Translations under genes and position numbers: made by a program
Source: an uncultured Mycoplasmatota bacterium
GTDB lineage: Bacteria; Bacillota_I; Bacilli_A; RF39; UBA660
Reading direction: 5' to 3'
Assembly (NCBI GenBank): GCA_947646095.1
Contig: CANSFI010000002.1
Location: 5,132 to 69,131, forward strand
Length of the DNA: 64,000 nt
The notes under the pieces: model-generated
The model's input: the letters and a program-made list of their open reading frames with translations, nothing else
Told to the model about the DNA's origin: nothing
Databases searched by the model: none
In this document: positions 48,854 to 59,462 of the stretch, in pieces
Numbering within the stretch: position 1 is the stretch's first letter
How the letters are laid out: every line of letters starts with the position of its first letter

Positions 48854-50914
48854 TTATCCACCATAAAATTCAAAATATTTTTGAGAAACTTGTTGAGTTA
48901 TTCTTCCATTAGCCCAACTTTGATATTCTGAATAGTTATTACGATGTGATACATCTGGTGAAATAATTGTAAATGTAACTTTTGGATTATCATAAGGAGC
49001 ATATGCTACAAAAGTGTTACTAATTGTTTCTGTATCTATTTTGCCATCTAAATTAGTATCAATAAAACTTTGACTTGTACCTGTTTTACCTGCTGGTTTA
49101 TACGATAGGTCAATGTAACCAGATCCTGTTCCATATGGTTCTAAAACAGTTTTAAAGCCTAATTTTACTCTATCCATATATTGTTTTTCAGTTGTAACTT
49201 TATTTAATTCTTGAGTTTCTTTTTTATAAATTAATTCTTTAAGTGGTTCTTTAGTTGGTTTATAAACCTCTTTTAAAAGATGAGGCTTTACTCTAACTCC
49301 ATCATTAGCGATTGTCCCAATATATTGTGATAATTGGATTGGTGTGTAAGTATCATATTGTCCAATTGAAAAATCTAATAAGTGTCCTACTACTTCACTT
49401 TTGCCTTTAAAACCTAGACTTTCAACTGGAAGATCTATTTCTGTTTTTACTCCTAAACCAAATTCTGAAAATGTTTTTCTGTATATATCAAAGGCTTTTA
49501 AATCTAAACTTAAGCCTTGATTATATGCATATGATCCTTTTCCTACTTTTATAGCAGTTCTAAACTGATAAGTATTAGAAGAATATTTTAAAGCTGTAAT
49601 ATCATCTAAAACTCCTAAATATCTCCAAGAACATTTTTCTGGAGTTGATGCGATTTTAATACAATCATCAGTTCTAATTTCATTAAATGTCAAAGCTTTA
49701 GTATTATAGCCTACTATATGAGATGCTCCTTTTACTACTGATCCTGCTACTACAGGAGATGTTAAAATACCTGGTGTATAATCATAAACCTTATAGTTAC
49801 CATTATCATAAACTATTTGTTTTCCCGCCATAACTAAAATTTCTCCTGTTTTAGGTTCAGTTATTATAACAAAGGCTTTATTATAATATTCAGTATTTGG
49901 TTCATTTTTAGCCCGAATTAAGTTGTTAACAATTATTTTTTCTACTTCTTGTTGCAATTTAATATCAATTGTTAAAACTATGTCATTACCTCTAGAACCT
50001 TCTTCAATTAATTTATATGTACCATCTTTATTGATCTCATATTTATTTTTTATGCCTTTTAGATAATCATCATACTGATATTCTAAATAACTTATTCCAA
50101 CTTGGTCAGATAAAGTATATCCTTTAGATAAATAATAATCTTTGTATTCAAGTGGTACTCCTGTTTCACTTTTAGAAACATTACCTAAAATACTTTTAAA
50201 TGTTTCACCATATAAATATTCTCTTTCCCAATCTAGTTTAGTTGATACTCCTTTTAGATTTTCAGCATTTTCTGCTACTTTAGCATATTCTTGATCTGTA
50301 ACATTACCTTTTTTTATTACTTTTTCAGAGTAAGAATATCCTTTATTCATAAGAGCATAAATATAAGCAGCTTCTAAATCCAATTCATTATAATCTTCTA
50401 TTTGTTTATCGATTCTTTTTAGTTTTAAATTATAAATATCATCACTTGTTATTTTTCTTTTTTTTAATTCTTTCCATTCAGAGTCTTTAATTAAATCTGA
50501 AGCTGCTTTACTATTATTTTTAATCCAAAAATCTTTCAATTCTTCATCTGTCATTTTACTATAGTCAACATCAATAATGTTAGCTAAAGCATATGCCACT
50601 TTTATTTCATCACTAGTTTTCATACCTGTTAATTTTTTATAATAAATAACTTTAATTCCTTTATTATCTACTATTAAGTTACCATTTCTATCATAAATTC
50701 TACCACGAGGAGCAGTATTACCATAAACAATATTTTGATTTAATTCTTTTACTTTTTTTATATAATATTTATTATTTAATATTTGAACATTATATAAGTT
50801 AAATGCTAAAACAGACATTATTAAAAGTATTATTATGATTAATATATTGTATCTTTTTTCTATAATTTCATTAATTTTTTTTAAATTTTTTTTATTTTGT
50901 TTGGATTTTTTCAT
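48854..50914 (-). CDS. class B penicillin-binding protein (PBP2B/SpoVD-like transpeptidase)
   Basis: N-terminal TM. Dimerisation plus transpeptidase domain (KTGT motif). 686 aa. Confidence 0.8.
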   Translation of the reverse strand: MKKSKQNKKNLKKINEIIEKRYNILIIIILLIMSVLAFNLYNVQILNNKYYIKKVKELNQNIVYGNTAPRGRIYDRNGNLIVDNKGIKVIYYKKLTGMKTSDEIKVAYALANIIDVDYSKMTDEELKDFWIKNNSKAASDLIKDSEWKELKKRKITSDDIYNLKLKRIDKQIEDYNELDLEAAYIYALMNKGYSYSEKVIKKGNVTDQEYAKVAENAENLKGVSTKLDWEREYLYGETFKSILGNVSKSETGVPLEYKDYYLSKGYTLSDQVGISYLEYQYDDYLKGIKNKYEINKDGTYKLIEEGSRGNDIVLTIDIKLQQEVEKIIVNNLIRAKNEPNTEYYNKAFVIITEPKTGEILVMAGKQIVYDNGNYKVYDYTPGILTSPVVAGSVVKGASHIVGYNTKALTFNEIRTDDCIKIASTPEKCSWRYLGVLDDITALKYSSNTYQFRTAIKVGKGSYAYNQGLSLDLKAFDIYRKTFSEFGLGVKTEIDLPVESLGFKGKSEVVGHLLDFSIGQYDTYTPIQLSQYIGTIANDGVRVKPHLLKEVYKPTKEPLKELIYKKETQELNKVTTEKQYMDRVKLGFKTVLEPYGTGSGYIDLSYKPAGKTGTSQSFIDTNLDGKIDTETISNTFVAYAPYDNPKVTFTIISPDVSHRNNYSEYQSWANGRITQQVSQKYFEFYGG

Positions 50915-51503
50915 ATCTATTATTTAAACTATCAAAATCTATTAATTTGAAAAAAGCATCAATATATAAATCTTTTCGATTACGATATTTTAAATAATAA
51001 GCATGTTCCCATAAATCTAAGGTTAAAATAGGTTTCAATCCATAAAATAATGGTGAATCTTGATTACTAGTATTAATTATAATTAAATCGCCTTCTTTAT
51101 TTACAGCTAAACTAGTATATCCGCTTCCTACTAATACATTAGCATTCCCAATAAATTCTTTTTTAAAATTATCATAACTACCATATTGTTTATTTATTTT
51201 GTCTAATATTATACTACTAGGTTCATGGTTTTTAGGAGACATACTATCAAAATATAATTCGTGATTTATAACACCACCTGCTAAAAAAAGGATGTCATCA
51301 CGCACTTCTAATGGAAATTCACTAATATTTCCTATTAATTCAAAAATTGTATATTTAAAATCATAGTTTAAATTTGTAAGTAAATCATTTAATTTATTTA
51401 AATAATTTAAGTAATGTTTATTATAGTGGATATTAACAGTTTCACTATCTATATAAGGTTCTAAAGCATCATATTCATATTTTAATGGTTTTGGTTTATA
51501 CAT
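50892..51503 (-). CDS. sodA: Mn/Fe superoxide dismutase
   Basis: HYNKHYLNYLNKLN and DLWEHAYYL motifs. Confidence 0.85.
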   Translation of the reverse strand: MYKPKPLKYEYDALEPYIDSETVNIHYNKHYLNYLNKLNDLLTNLNYDFKYTIFELIGNISEFPLEVRDDILFLAGGVINHELYFDSMSPKNHEPSSIILDKINKQYGSYDNFKKEFIGNANVLVGSGYTSLAVNKEGDLIIINTSNQDSPLFYGLKPILTLDLWEHAYYLKYRNRKDLYIDAFFKLIDFDSLNNRYEKIQTK

Positions 51504-51588
51504 AAAAGTCCTCCTCGTTAATATTTTATTTCTTTTTTATAACTTTATTCAAAAAAAGAACATATATTATTTTAAAGGAGGAGGAAAT

Positions 51589-51852
51589 ATGATTGAAAAT
51601 TTAATAAAAGAACATATAAATAAATTAACTATTAATGATATTGATAGATTTGCGAAAGAAAATAATATTATTTTATCAGATGAAGAATTAAATAACATTT
51701 TTATTATTGTAAAAAATGATTGGCACGATTTAATATATGGTAATAGTGAAATGATATTTACTAATAATAGAAGTAAAGTAAGTGATTGTAATTATGATAA
51801 AATTAAAGAATTATTTAATTTCTTCAAAAAAAAATATCAAAGATTTTTATAA
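51589..51852 (+). CDS. hypothetical small protein
   Basis: ORF with RBS GGAGGAGG. Confidence 0.4.
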   Translation: MIENLIKEHINKLTINDIDRFAKENNIILSDEELNNIFIIVKNDWHDLIYGNSEMIFTNNRSKVSDCNYDKIKELFNFFKKKYQRFL

Positions 51853-52748
51853 TAATCTCTGATATTATCTAAAAAATTAGGATTGAATTTTTTATTTCTT
51901 ATCATTTCTATTTCAAATTTATATGGTGGATAAAGTCTATCTTTAGTATTTTCTAATCCGATATAAGGTGTTTCTAATATTTTAGGAATACCTTTTAATT
52001 TATCATGATAAATTATTTTTAATAAGTTATCAAAGCCTATTGTTCCAACGCCTATATTTTCATGACGATCTTTATGAGTTCCTATTTTGTTTTTACTATC
52101 ATTTACATGTATACAAATAAGTTTATTTAAACCTATTATTTTATCAAATTTATCTAATATTTTATCTATATTATTTAAATCATAGCCTGCATCATTAATG
52201 TGGCAAGTATCTAGACATACACCTATTTTATCCTGTAAATTCACACCATTTATTATTTCTGATACTTGTTCAAAGGTAAATCCTATTTCAGTTCCTTTAC
52301 CAGCCATTGTTTCAATACAAACAATAATATTATCTTCTTCTTTTAAAGCTTGATTTAAAACTTCTATCATATTCTTTATCCCTTGTTCTACACCAGCCCC
52401 TACATGACTACCTGGATGTAAAACTAATTTAGATAATTTTAGTTCTTGAACTCTTTTTATCTCTTGTTTTAAAAAAGAGACATTAAATTCTAAATTTTTA
52501 TCATTAGATGGATTTATTATATAGGGTGCATGAACAATAACATTGTTTTTATCTATATTGTTTTTTTTCATTAGTTCTAATCCTTTTTGAGTTAAATCTG
52601 TATTTATTGGTAAACGATTTGAGTTTTGAGGAGCCCCTGTATAAAGCATTAAAGTATTAGAATTATAACTTAGTGCTTCTTTTACACTACCTTCTAATTG
52701 TTCATTTTTATTAAATGATACATGTGAACCTATTATTAAATCTTCCAT
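51837..52748 (-). CDS. nfo: endonuclease IV
   Basis: TIM-barrel AP endonuclease motifs (HAPYIINPS, LHPGSH, CLDTCH). Confidence 0.85.
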   Translation of the reverse strand: MEDLIIGSHVSFNKNEQLEGSVKEALSYNSNTLMLYTGAPQNSNRLPINTDLTQKGLELMKKNNIDKNNVIVHAPYIINPSNDKNLEFNVSFLKQEIKRVQELKLSKLVLHPGSHVGAGVEQGIKNMIEVLNQALKEEDNIIVCIETMAGKGTEIGFTFEQVSEIINGVNLQDKIGVCLDTCHINDAGYDLNNIDKILDKFDKIIGLNKLICIHVNDSKNKIGTHKDRHENIGVGTIGFDNLLKIIYHDKLKGIPKILETPYIGLENTKDRLYPPYKFEIEMIRNKKFNPNFLDNIRDYYKNL

Positions 52749-52794
52749 ATTATCACCTTTTTAATTATATCAAAAAAAGGATACAAAGTATATC

Positions 52795-53790
52795 CTATTT
52801 TTTCTTACCTGTTTCTAATTTAATTCCATATTCTTCAGGGTTACCATTAACATCTGTTTTTAAAACACCACTGTTAATTATTTTGTTGGATGCTAATTCA
52901 GACATTAAGCCCATTAAATCTTGATTAGTGTAGTTACTAACTGGTCTTGATATTCCCACTTCATTTTCTGCTAACTTTATTTTATTAGTTGACTGTTGAT
53001 TATTTTTAATATTGTCTACATTTGTTTGTTGTGCTGGTTGTTGATTATTTTTAATATTAATATTGTCTACATTTACATTATTAAATGATTTATGTCTTAT
53101 TTGTTCTACAGTATTATCTTTTTTTGGTTGATCTTCTAATTTAATTTGACTGATTATTTCTTGATTATCAATTACAAATTTATTGAAATCAGTTCTCTTT
53201 TGTTTAATTTCTTGTTCTTTTTTAGCAATTTCATTTCTTAAAGATTCTAATTCTGCTTCATCCATTTCTAAACTAATTTTTGCATTTTGATAAGTTTCAA
53301 TTACCTGTTTAATTGTATTAATACGGGATTTTTCTTTTTTGTATTGTTTGTGATAAGCCATCATAGCTTTAAAATAATTTTTAGCGACTCTTATTGGTTT
53401 TGGTGCTTGACGTAATTTAATTTGACTATTTTCTAAATCATTAATTGTAGCTTGATAACTTTTAAATTTTCCTAAGTTTTCAATATAATATTCTTTATCA
53501 GCTTGCCAATTTTGTAAAATTTCTTTTCCTTCATCTATCTTTGATTGCATATTGTTGGCTTCATCATTTTGCATCTGCATAGTTATATCAGTTGCTGCTG
53601 CTTTAACATCATTAAATGTAAAGCCACCTGTAATCTTTTTAGTAATTGGATTAATAAGCTTTTCTGACATTTTCAACAATAATTTAGGAACAAGACAAGC
53701 CCCTTTTGAAAATTTATAAATAAACCTTTGTTTTAATCCTAAATCTTCTATATCAATTTTTTTATATCTATCACTATTTTTATATTCCAT
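52795..53790 (-). CDS. coiled-coil protein, function unknown
   Basis: Long heptad-like E/K/Q-rich region. Internal near-repeat NVDNI(K/N)NNQQ. Confidence 0.4.
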   Translation of the reverse strand: MEYKNSDRYKKIDIEDLGLKQRFIYKFSKGACLVPKLLLKMSEKLINPITKKITGGFTFNDVKAAATDITMQMQNDEANNMQSKIDEGKEILQNWQADKEYYIENLGKFKSYQATINDLENSQIKLRQAPKPIRVAKNYFKAMMAYHKQYKKEKSRINTIKQVIETYQNAKISLEMDEAELESLRNEIAKKEQEIKQKRTDFNKFVIDNQEIISQIKLEDQPKKDNTVEQIRHKSFNNVNVDNINIKNNQQPAQQTNVDNIKNNQQSTNKIKLAENEVGISRPVSNYTNQDLMGLMSELASNKIINSGVLKTDVNGNPEEYGIKLETGKKK

Positions 53791-53799
53791 TTTGAACCA

Positions 53800-54069
53800 C
53801 TACTCCCCATCTTTAGCTATTTCAACCATAACTTTTTTTATTTCCTCCCATACATTATCATCATCTATACCAAGTAATTCAGTTGTTCCATCTTCTTTAT
53901 TTACAACTTCTGATGTATATATTTCTACATTTCCATTAGTATCTGTTTTATTTTCTGTATATATTAAATAATCCTTATTATTCATTGTTAATGTAAAATA
54001 AGCTACTACTACTACTTCTTTTTCTACCCCATTTTCATCAAAAATTTTGATTTTAATATCTTTTTCCAT
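53800..54069 (-). CDS. DUF1292-family small acidic protein
   Basis: MEKDIKIKIFDENGVEKEVVVVAYFTL...YLIY...EEIKKVM pattern. Likely start is M19 of the tracked ORF. Confidence 0.5.
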   Translation of the reverse strand: MEKDIKIKIFDENGVEKEVVVVAYFTLTMNNKDYLIYTENKTDTNGNVEIYTSEVVNKEDGTTELLGIDDDNVWEEIKKVMVEIAKDGE

Positions 54070-54112
54070 AAAAATCTCCCTTCTTATTTTAATAAGTATA
54101 ACATAAAGATAA

Positions 54113-54448
54113 TTAGTTTTCAACTAAATTGTTTAATATTTTAAATATTTTGTCAATCCCAATTTTAGTATAGTTACCTATAAACTCAGAAATTTTTAAT
54201 CCCATTCTTTTACTTTTACCTTGAAAATCTTCTTTAACTACTAAATACTTATCGATATCTATTTCTTTTCCCGATTTAACATCTTCTTCAAATTTTTTTA
54301 TTTGTTCTTCAGTTAATACTTTTTTTTCATTTTGAGTGTATTCATAATAACCAAATCTACCAGCTGTATATAAAGTAAAAAAAGCCATAAATAAAATTAA
54401 AAATACATACCAAAAGAATTTATTTAATTTTTTATTTTTGCTCATCAA
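54113..54448 (-). CDS. hypothetical membrane-anchored protein
   Basis: ORF with one TM segment. Confidence 0.35.
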   Translation of the reverse strand: MMSKNKKLNKFFWYVFLILFMAFFTLYTAGRFGYYEYTQNEKKVLTEEQIKKFEEDVKSGKEIDIDKYLVVKEDFQGKSKRMGLKISEFIGNYTKIGIDKIFKILNNLVEN

Positions 54449-55424
54449 AATGCTCCTTTAAAATTACTGATATTACTTCAATTGTATTTAAAACCTCTTC
54501 AATTGTATTTTCATTACCTCCTAGTTCTAATAAAATCATATTAGGATGTAAATCTTGATTATATATTCCATCTACATTAGCACCTTTTTTAGTTATAACC
54601 CCTCTACTTAAAGTTGGATATTTATTTACTATTCTTTGATTAATACTATTAGTAAGGTCAAGGTTTTTTTGATAATTATCATGTTCTAGTCCTACTACAA
54701 ATAATACTTTAGCATAGTTTTTATTATCGATTGTAACAGTTGAATTACTTTTACTTAAAGCATCTCTATGTAAATCAATGAAAAAGTTTAGACTAGGATT
54801 TTTTTTAATAGCATCTTCTATATAATAGCGACTAGCTACATAACTATAATTATAATTCCAATTATTGATTCTTATAAATTCTGTTATATCAGCTTCTTCT
54901 ACTATTGTTTTAACACCTAAGTTATTTAGTTTTTCTCTAAGTAAATAAGCTGCCATCATTACATTAGGAGTAATATTATACTCCTCATAGTTTTTAGAAC
55001 TATAGTTTTCTAATTGATGTGAATTATAAATATAAACTAATGGTTCTTTTATATCTTTAGGATTTGGATCTTTAATATAATCAGAGTTTAAATCATCTGG
55101 ATTATAGTTATCATTATATACAAGTTCTGTATTATTATTATTTTTATAATAAAAAGTATTTTCTAAGATAGTGACTGGTTGTTTTAAATTTATATTTGAT
55201 AAAAATGAAGCTATTTTAGTTATAAAACTATCACTTTCATACTTTAAATGATGATTAGAGTTATTTAATAACTTCATTATAAATTCTTCATTAGAAGAAT
55301 ATAATCGCATTTTATTTAAATAATTATAGGTAAAAGTAAATGATATTAATGTAACTATCAATAATAGAAAAACTTTAAGATATTTTAATTTCCTTTTCCT
55401 TTTTAATTTGATTCTTTTTTTCAT
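54432..55424 (-). CDS. spoIIP: stage II sporulation protein P
   Basis: VYIYNSHQLENYSS and FFIDLHRDA motifs characteristic of SpoIIP. N-terminal TM. Confidence 0.65.
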   Translation of the reverse strand: MKKRIKLKRKRKLKYLKVFLLLIVTLISFTFTYNYLNKMRLYSSNEEFIMKLLNNSNHHLKYESDSFITKIASFLSNINLKQPVTILENTFYYKNNNNTELVYNDNYNPDDLNSDYIKDPNPKDIKEPLVYIYNSHQLENYSSKNYEEYNITPNVMMAAYLLREKLNNLGVKTIVEEADITEFIRINNWNYNYSYVASRYYIEDAIKKNPSLNFFIDLHRDALSKSNSTVTIDNKNYAKVLFVVGLEHDNYQKNLDLTNSINQRIVNKYPTLSRGVITKKGANVDGIYNQDLHPNMILLELGGNENTIEEVLNTIEVISVILKEHFDEQK

Positions 55425-55674
55425 GATTACCTCCTTAACTCATTATATTATTTAAATTATAATTTTTTTGTCAAAAAAAGAACAATTAATAATGAGACTC
55501 TAAAAAAGTCAGAAATTTTATAAAAATCTACTTTTTTTTATTTCCCACTTCGGTTCATAAAATAACGCTAATTTCAAATATTACTCCCCACTTTCAATAT
55601 TTATATACTAAAAAATGGTTTTTAATTTTTACATGATTTAAAGTATTAAAAAAGACTACTTTTTAAATAGCCTC

Positions 55675-56301
55675 TTAGTAACTTGCCTTCTTTTTTTGAT
55701 ATTGATAATCATATTTATAATCAACATCTAATTTTCTACTCACTTTAATGTTATTCCAAATAATCCTTATAGATTCATAAGATAATCCATCTATATTTTC
55801 TATAGATATTGGTCTATTAATTTGTTCTATATTACTTTGTATTTTGGCATAATCATTTTCATTAACATTTGATAGCATATAGTTATTCTTCATTATTTCA
55901 CGATTTATTGTTTTTCTATGTTTTATAAAAATGCCTATTTTACGAATGTCTTTAATTACTGCTTTTGTAGTGATACAACCACATCCAGAAATTAAAGTGA
56001 TACCTCCAGCTATTAAAGCTCCAATACCAGGATTAAGTGCTATAGCACCAACAACTCCTGTAACAGTAAGCACTTTACAAGCAAAATTTACTTTTTTTAT
56101 AGTTGGTAATAATTTTTGTATTTCTTTTCCTTGTTCTATCATTTTTTCTCTAATCATTTGAAGATTATTTTTATTAGCTGGAATAACAGTAGTTTCTCCA
56201 TTTCCAAGATATAATTTTATATCATTTCCTATTACTTTAAAGTTTTTTATAAATGTTGATCTACTTGTTTTATCTTTATAAAGATTTGAGTAATTTACCA
56301 T
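55675..56301 (-). CDS. hypothetical membrane protein (glycine-zipper TM)
   Basis: ORF only. Confidence 0.35.
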   Translation of the reverse strand: MVNYSNLYKDKTSRSTFIKNFKVIGNDIKLYLGNGETTVIPANKNNLQMIREKMIEQGKEIQKLLPTIKKVNFACKVLTVTGVVGAIALNPGIGALIAGGITLISGCGCITTKAVIKDIRKIGIFIKHRKTINREIMKNNYMLSNVNENDYAKIQSNIEQINRPISIENIDGLSYESIRIIWNNIKVSRKLDVDYKYDYQYQKKKASY

Positions 56302-56392
56302 TATATTTTCCCCCTTTTTTTAGTAAGATGTATTTTAACATAAATTTTTATTTTGTCAAATTCATCTTATAAGAAAATTTTATTGAAATATA

Positions 56393-57268
56393 TTATTTTT
56401 TATATTGTTCAAAAGTTAATTTAAAACCCTTATTAGTTGGAATACTTTCTAGAAGTCCTAAATCAATGTTGTTATCTGCATTAGTATATACATTAGCAAA
56501 CATATCTATTAGTTCTTGTTTAAAGCCATTATCTTTTAAATACTGCAAATAACTATAATACTCTTCTATAAATATATTATCTATTCTATGGTTAGATATA
56601 GTATTTAAAATCATATAAATATAACTTAAAATAGTTGTATTTTTATTACTTATATGAACATCATCTTCATTTAATGGATACTTATTAGGAAAATCCCATA
56701 AATTTACATTAAAAGTTAAATATTTTGATATAGATGAATCGTTATTTCCTATTTTACAACTATCTAAATCTACAGCTCTAAATATTTTTTTATCTTTATC
56801 ATAAATAAAATTACCATCATGAACATCTCCTAGAAAAAAATTATTTGCTTTATCACTAAGATAGATAATTTTATTTAAAAGATTTCCTATTTTCTTTAAT
56901 ATTTCTATTTTTTTTAATAATGAAAGATTAGGATTATTTAATAATAAACTCAAATTAATATTATTTTCAACAAAAGGCATAACAAATCCTTCTATTTTAT
57001 CATCTAATACAAATAGTTTTTCTGGTAATACTAATTCATCTATATCTAGATTCTCTCTATTATCTATAAGAGTATTTACTGTATATAACTTATTACTAAA
57101 ATAACCACCTGATGTTTTTTTTAGTTTCTTTATTAAAATTTTTTCATAATTCCATTTATCCTTTTGTTCTAATATAAATAAGTCACACTCATTATTGGTA
57201 ATAGAACTTTCTAAAGTATACTTTGAAATTTGTTTAAATTTTCTTTTACTAATTTGTAATATTTTCAT
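56393..57268 (-). CDS. kinase-like fold protein (APH/CotS-like)
   Basis: LGDVHDGNFIY...RAVDLDSC matches the HxDxxxxN...D kinase catalytic-loop pattern. Confidence 0.4.
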   Translation of the reverse strand: MKILQISKRKFKQISKYTLESSITNNECDLFILEQKDKWNYEKILIKKLKKTSGGYFSNKLYTVNTLIDNRENLDIDELVLPEKLFVLDDKIEGFVMPFVENNINLSLLLNNPNLSLLKKIEILKKIGNLLNKIIYLSDKANNFFLGDVHDGNFIYDKDKKIFRAVDLDSCKIGNNDSSISKYLTFNVNLWDFPNKYPLNEDDVHISNKNTTILSYIYMILNTISNHRIDNIFIEEYYSYLQYLKDNGFKQELIDMFANVYTNADNNIDLGLLESIPTNKGFKLTFEQYKK

Positions 57269-57322
57269 TAAAAAACCCCCTTTATTGGGGGATATTATAA
57301 CATAAATACTGCAACTGTCAAA

Positions 57323-57928
57323 TTAACTTTTATATTTATTCATTATCTTATTTAATTCTAACATTTTATGATCCAAATTTTTAATATCTATAGCATAATT
57401 ATACATGGCATTCTTTACTTCTTCTGGTATATCATTAGGAAATTTATATTGAATTTTATGATCTAATGATGCCCAAAAATCCATAGCAATTGTTCTAATT
57501 TGAATTTCTGCTTTTCCAAATTCTGTTCTATTATTTAAATAAACTGGTATACTTACAATCAAATGATAACTTGTATAACCTGATTCTTTAGGATTTTCTA
57601 TATAATCTTTCTCTTTTATTATAGTTAATTGTTTAAAATTTTTAATTAAGTTTACTATCTCATATACATCTGATATAAAGGAACAAATTATTCTAACACC
57701 TACTACATCATAAACATATTCATATATATTATTGGGTGTTAATTCATAACCTTTTTTATTTAATTTATTTATAATGCTATCAATCGATTTAATTCTTGTT
57801 TTAACATGTTCTATAGGATTATAGTTATGTGTTTTAGTGTATTCCTTTATAAGAACATTTAACTGCACTTGTAACATTTCTAATCCATATTCGTACTTAT
57901 TCATTAAACCTTTAATATCGCTTTCCAT
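57323..57928 (-). CDS. small alarmone synthetase (RelA/SpoT-domain GTP pyrophosphokinase, RelQ/RelP type)
   Basis: RIKSIDSIINKL...DVVGVRIIC...YTSYHLIV synthetase-domain motifs. 201 aa. Confidence 0.8.
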   Translation of the reverse strand: MESDIKGLMNKYEYGLEMLQVQLNVLIKEYTKTHNYNPIEHVKTRIKSIDSIINKLNKKGYELTPNNIYEYVYDVVGVRIICSFISDVYEIVNLIKNFKQLTIIKEKDYIENPKESGYTSYHLIVSIPVYLNNRTEFGKAEIQIRTIAMDFWASLDHKIQYKFPNDIPEEVKNAMYNYAIDIKNLDHKMLELNKIMNKYKS

Positions 57929-57997
57929 TTTATCCTCTTTTCTAAACTTTTAATGATACTATCATATCATATTTTTTATCAAAAATAAAAAAATTGA

Positions 57998-59062
57998 TTA
58001 TAAATTATCAACTTTTTCATGTAAAGCATTATTTATACCATTGCCTATAATATTACTTAGTTTATCAATTAAAAAATCTATTTCTTTTGGAGTTACCATT
58101 AAATTATATCCAATTGGAGTTAAAACTTCAAAAATTAGCTGTTTTATCTCATCATCATTTAAGTTACCTACAATTCCTAATAATGTTTCTTTATCTTTTT
58201 TAGTTACTTCAACTTCTTTATCTAAATAATTAATACTTGTAGATGGTATAAGTTTATTTATAGGATTATTTATATTATTTTTTGTATATGTATAATGTTT
58301 AAACATATAATTAATTGTATCACTAACAATTGTAACAGCATCTACAACAGTTGGAATCCCAATTGCTATAACAGGAATATTTAATGTTTCAAAACTGATT
58401 TCTTTTCTACTATTGCCAACTCCACTACCAGGATGGATTCCTGTATCAGTCATTTGAATTGTTTTTCCTACTCTTTCAATAGATTGACTAGCAAGTGCAT
58501 CAATAGCAAGAATAAAATTTGGTTTTAAAGATATTACTAGAGATTTTATAAGTTCACTAGTTTCTATACCAGTATTCCCCATAACACCAGGATTTAAAGC
58601 AAAAGTTCTTCTGAAACCTTCTTCAACATTACCATATTGAAACAAATGATTAGTAACCAAAATATTAGAAGTAGCTTTAGGTCCTAACGAATCTGGTGTT
58701 GAATTAGAATTTCCAAGTCCAATAATTAAACAACTATCTTCTTTTTTTATATTATTTTCTTTTAATAATTTTTTTAGTTCTTCAATAAATACTTCCTTTA
58801 CTTCTTCACCATTGTTATAGTCTGTAACATCATTAAATTCTATTGTAATATAATTGCCAGGTTTTTTATTAATAATACTGCTTCCAATTTTATCAATATT
58901 TACATCAGTAATTTTAATATTACCAATTTTTCTTTGACCACTTTTAATTCCTTCTAATTTTTTATTTTCGTCAATTACTTCAATAGCCAAATCTGTTCTA
59001 ATTTGATATTTACCTAAATCTATTTCATGCTTCATATTATCACCAGTTATTATTTTTCCCAA
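57998..59062 (-). CDS. gpr: spore germination protease
   Basis: IRTDLAIE N-terminus and Gpr-family length (354 aa). Confidence 0.8.
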   Translation of the reverse strand: MGKIITGDNMKHEIDLGKYQIRTDLAIEVIDENKKLEGIKSGQRKIGNIKITDVNIDKIGSSIINKKPGNYITIEFNDVTDYNNGEEVKEVFIEELKKLLKENNIKKEDSCLIIGLGNSNSTPDSLGPKATSNILVTNHLFQYGNVEEGFRRTFALNPGVMGNTGIETSELIKSLVISLKPNFILAIDALASQSIERVGKTIQMTDTGIHPGSGVGNSRKEISFETLNIPVIAIGIPTVVDAVTIVSDTINYMFKHYTYTKNNINNPINKLIPSTSINYLDKEVEVTKKDKETLLGIVGNLNDDEIKQLIFEVLTPIGYNLMVTPKEIDFLIDKLSNIIGNGINNALHEKVDNL

Positions 59063-59138
59063 AAAACATAGTTTTTATTGCATTTTTTCCAATTTTTTGC
59101 TAAAATGTTGGTATTGATTGACTTGGAGGTGAAAAAAT

Positions 59139-59402
59139 ATGCCAAATATGAAAAATGCTAAAAAGAAAGTTAGAGTTATTGCTAAAGAAAAACAACTTAA
59201 TAATGATTATAAAGCTAGTATGAGAACTGCCATTAAAAATACTGATAAAGCAGTACTTACTAAAGATAAAGAAAAAGCAACTAATTGCTTAAAAATTGCT
59301 ATTAAAAGAATTGATAAAGCTACTAAAGCAGGAGTTACTGCTAAAAATACAGCAGCTCGTAATAAATCACGTTTAACAAAAAAGGTAAATTCTATGGAGT
59401 AA
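59139..59402 (+). CDS. rpsT: 30S ribosomal protein S20
   Basis: MPNMKNAKKKVRVIAKEKQLN... 87 aa. Confidence 0.9.
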   Translation: MPNMKNAKKKVRVIAKEKQLNNDYKASMRTAIKNTDKAVLTKDKEKATNCLKIAIKRIDKATKAGVTAKNTAARNKSRLTKKVNSME

Positions 59403-59462
59403 TTATTACTTCTTTTTTTATTTAAGTTATAAATTATGTTATAATAATGGAGGTGATACTAA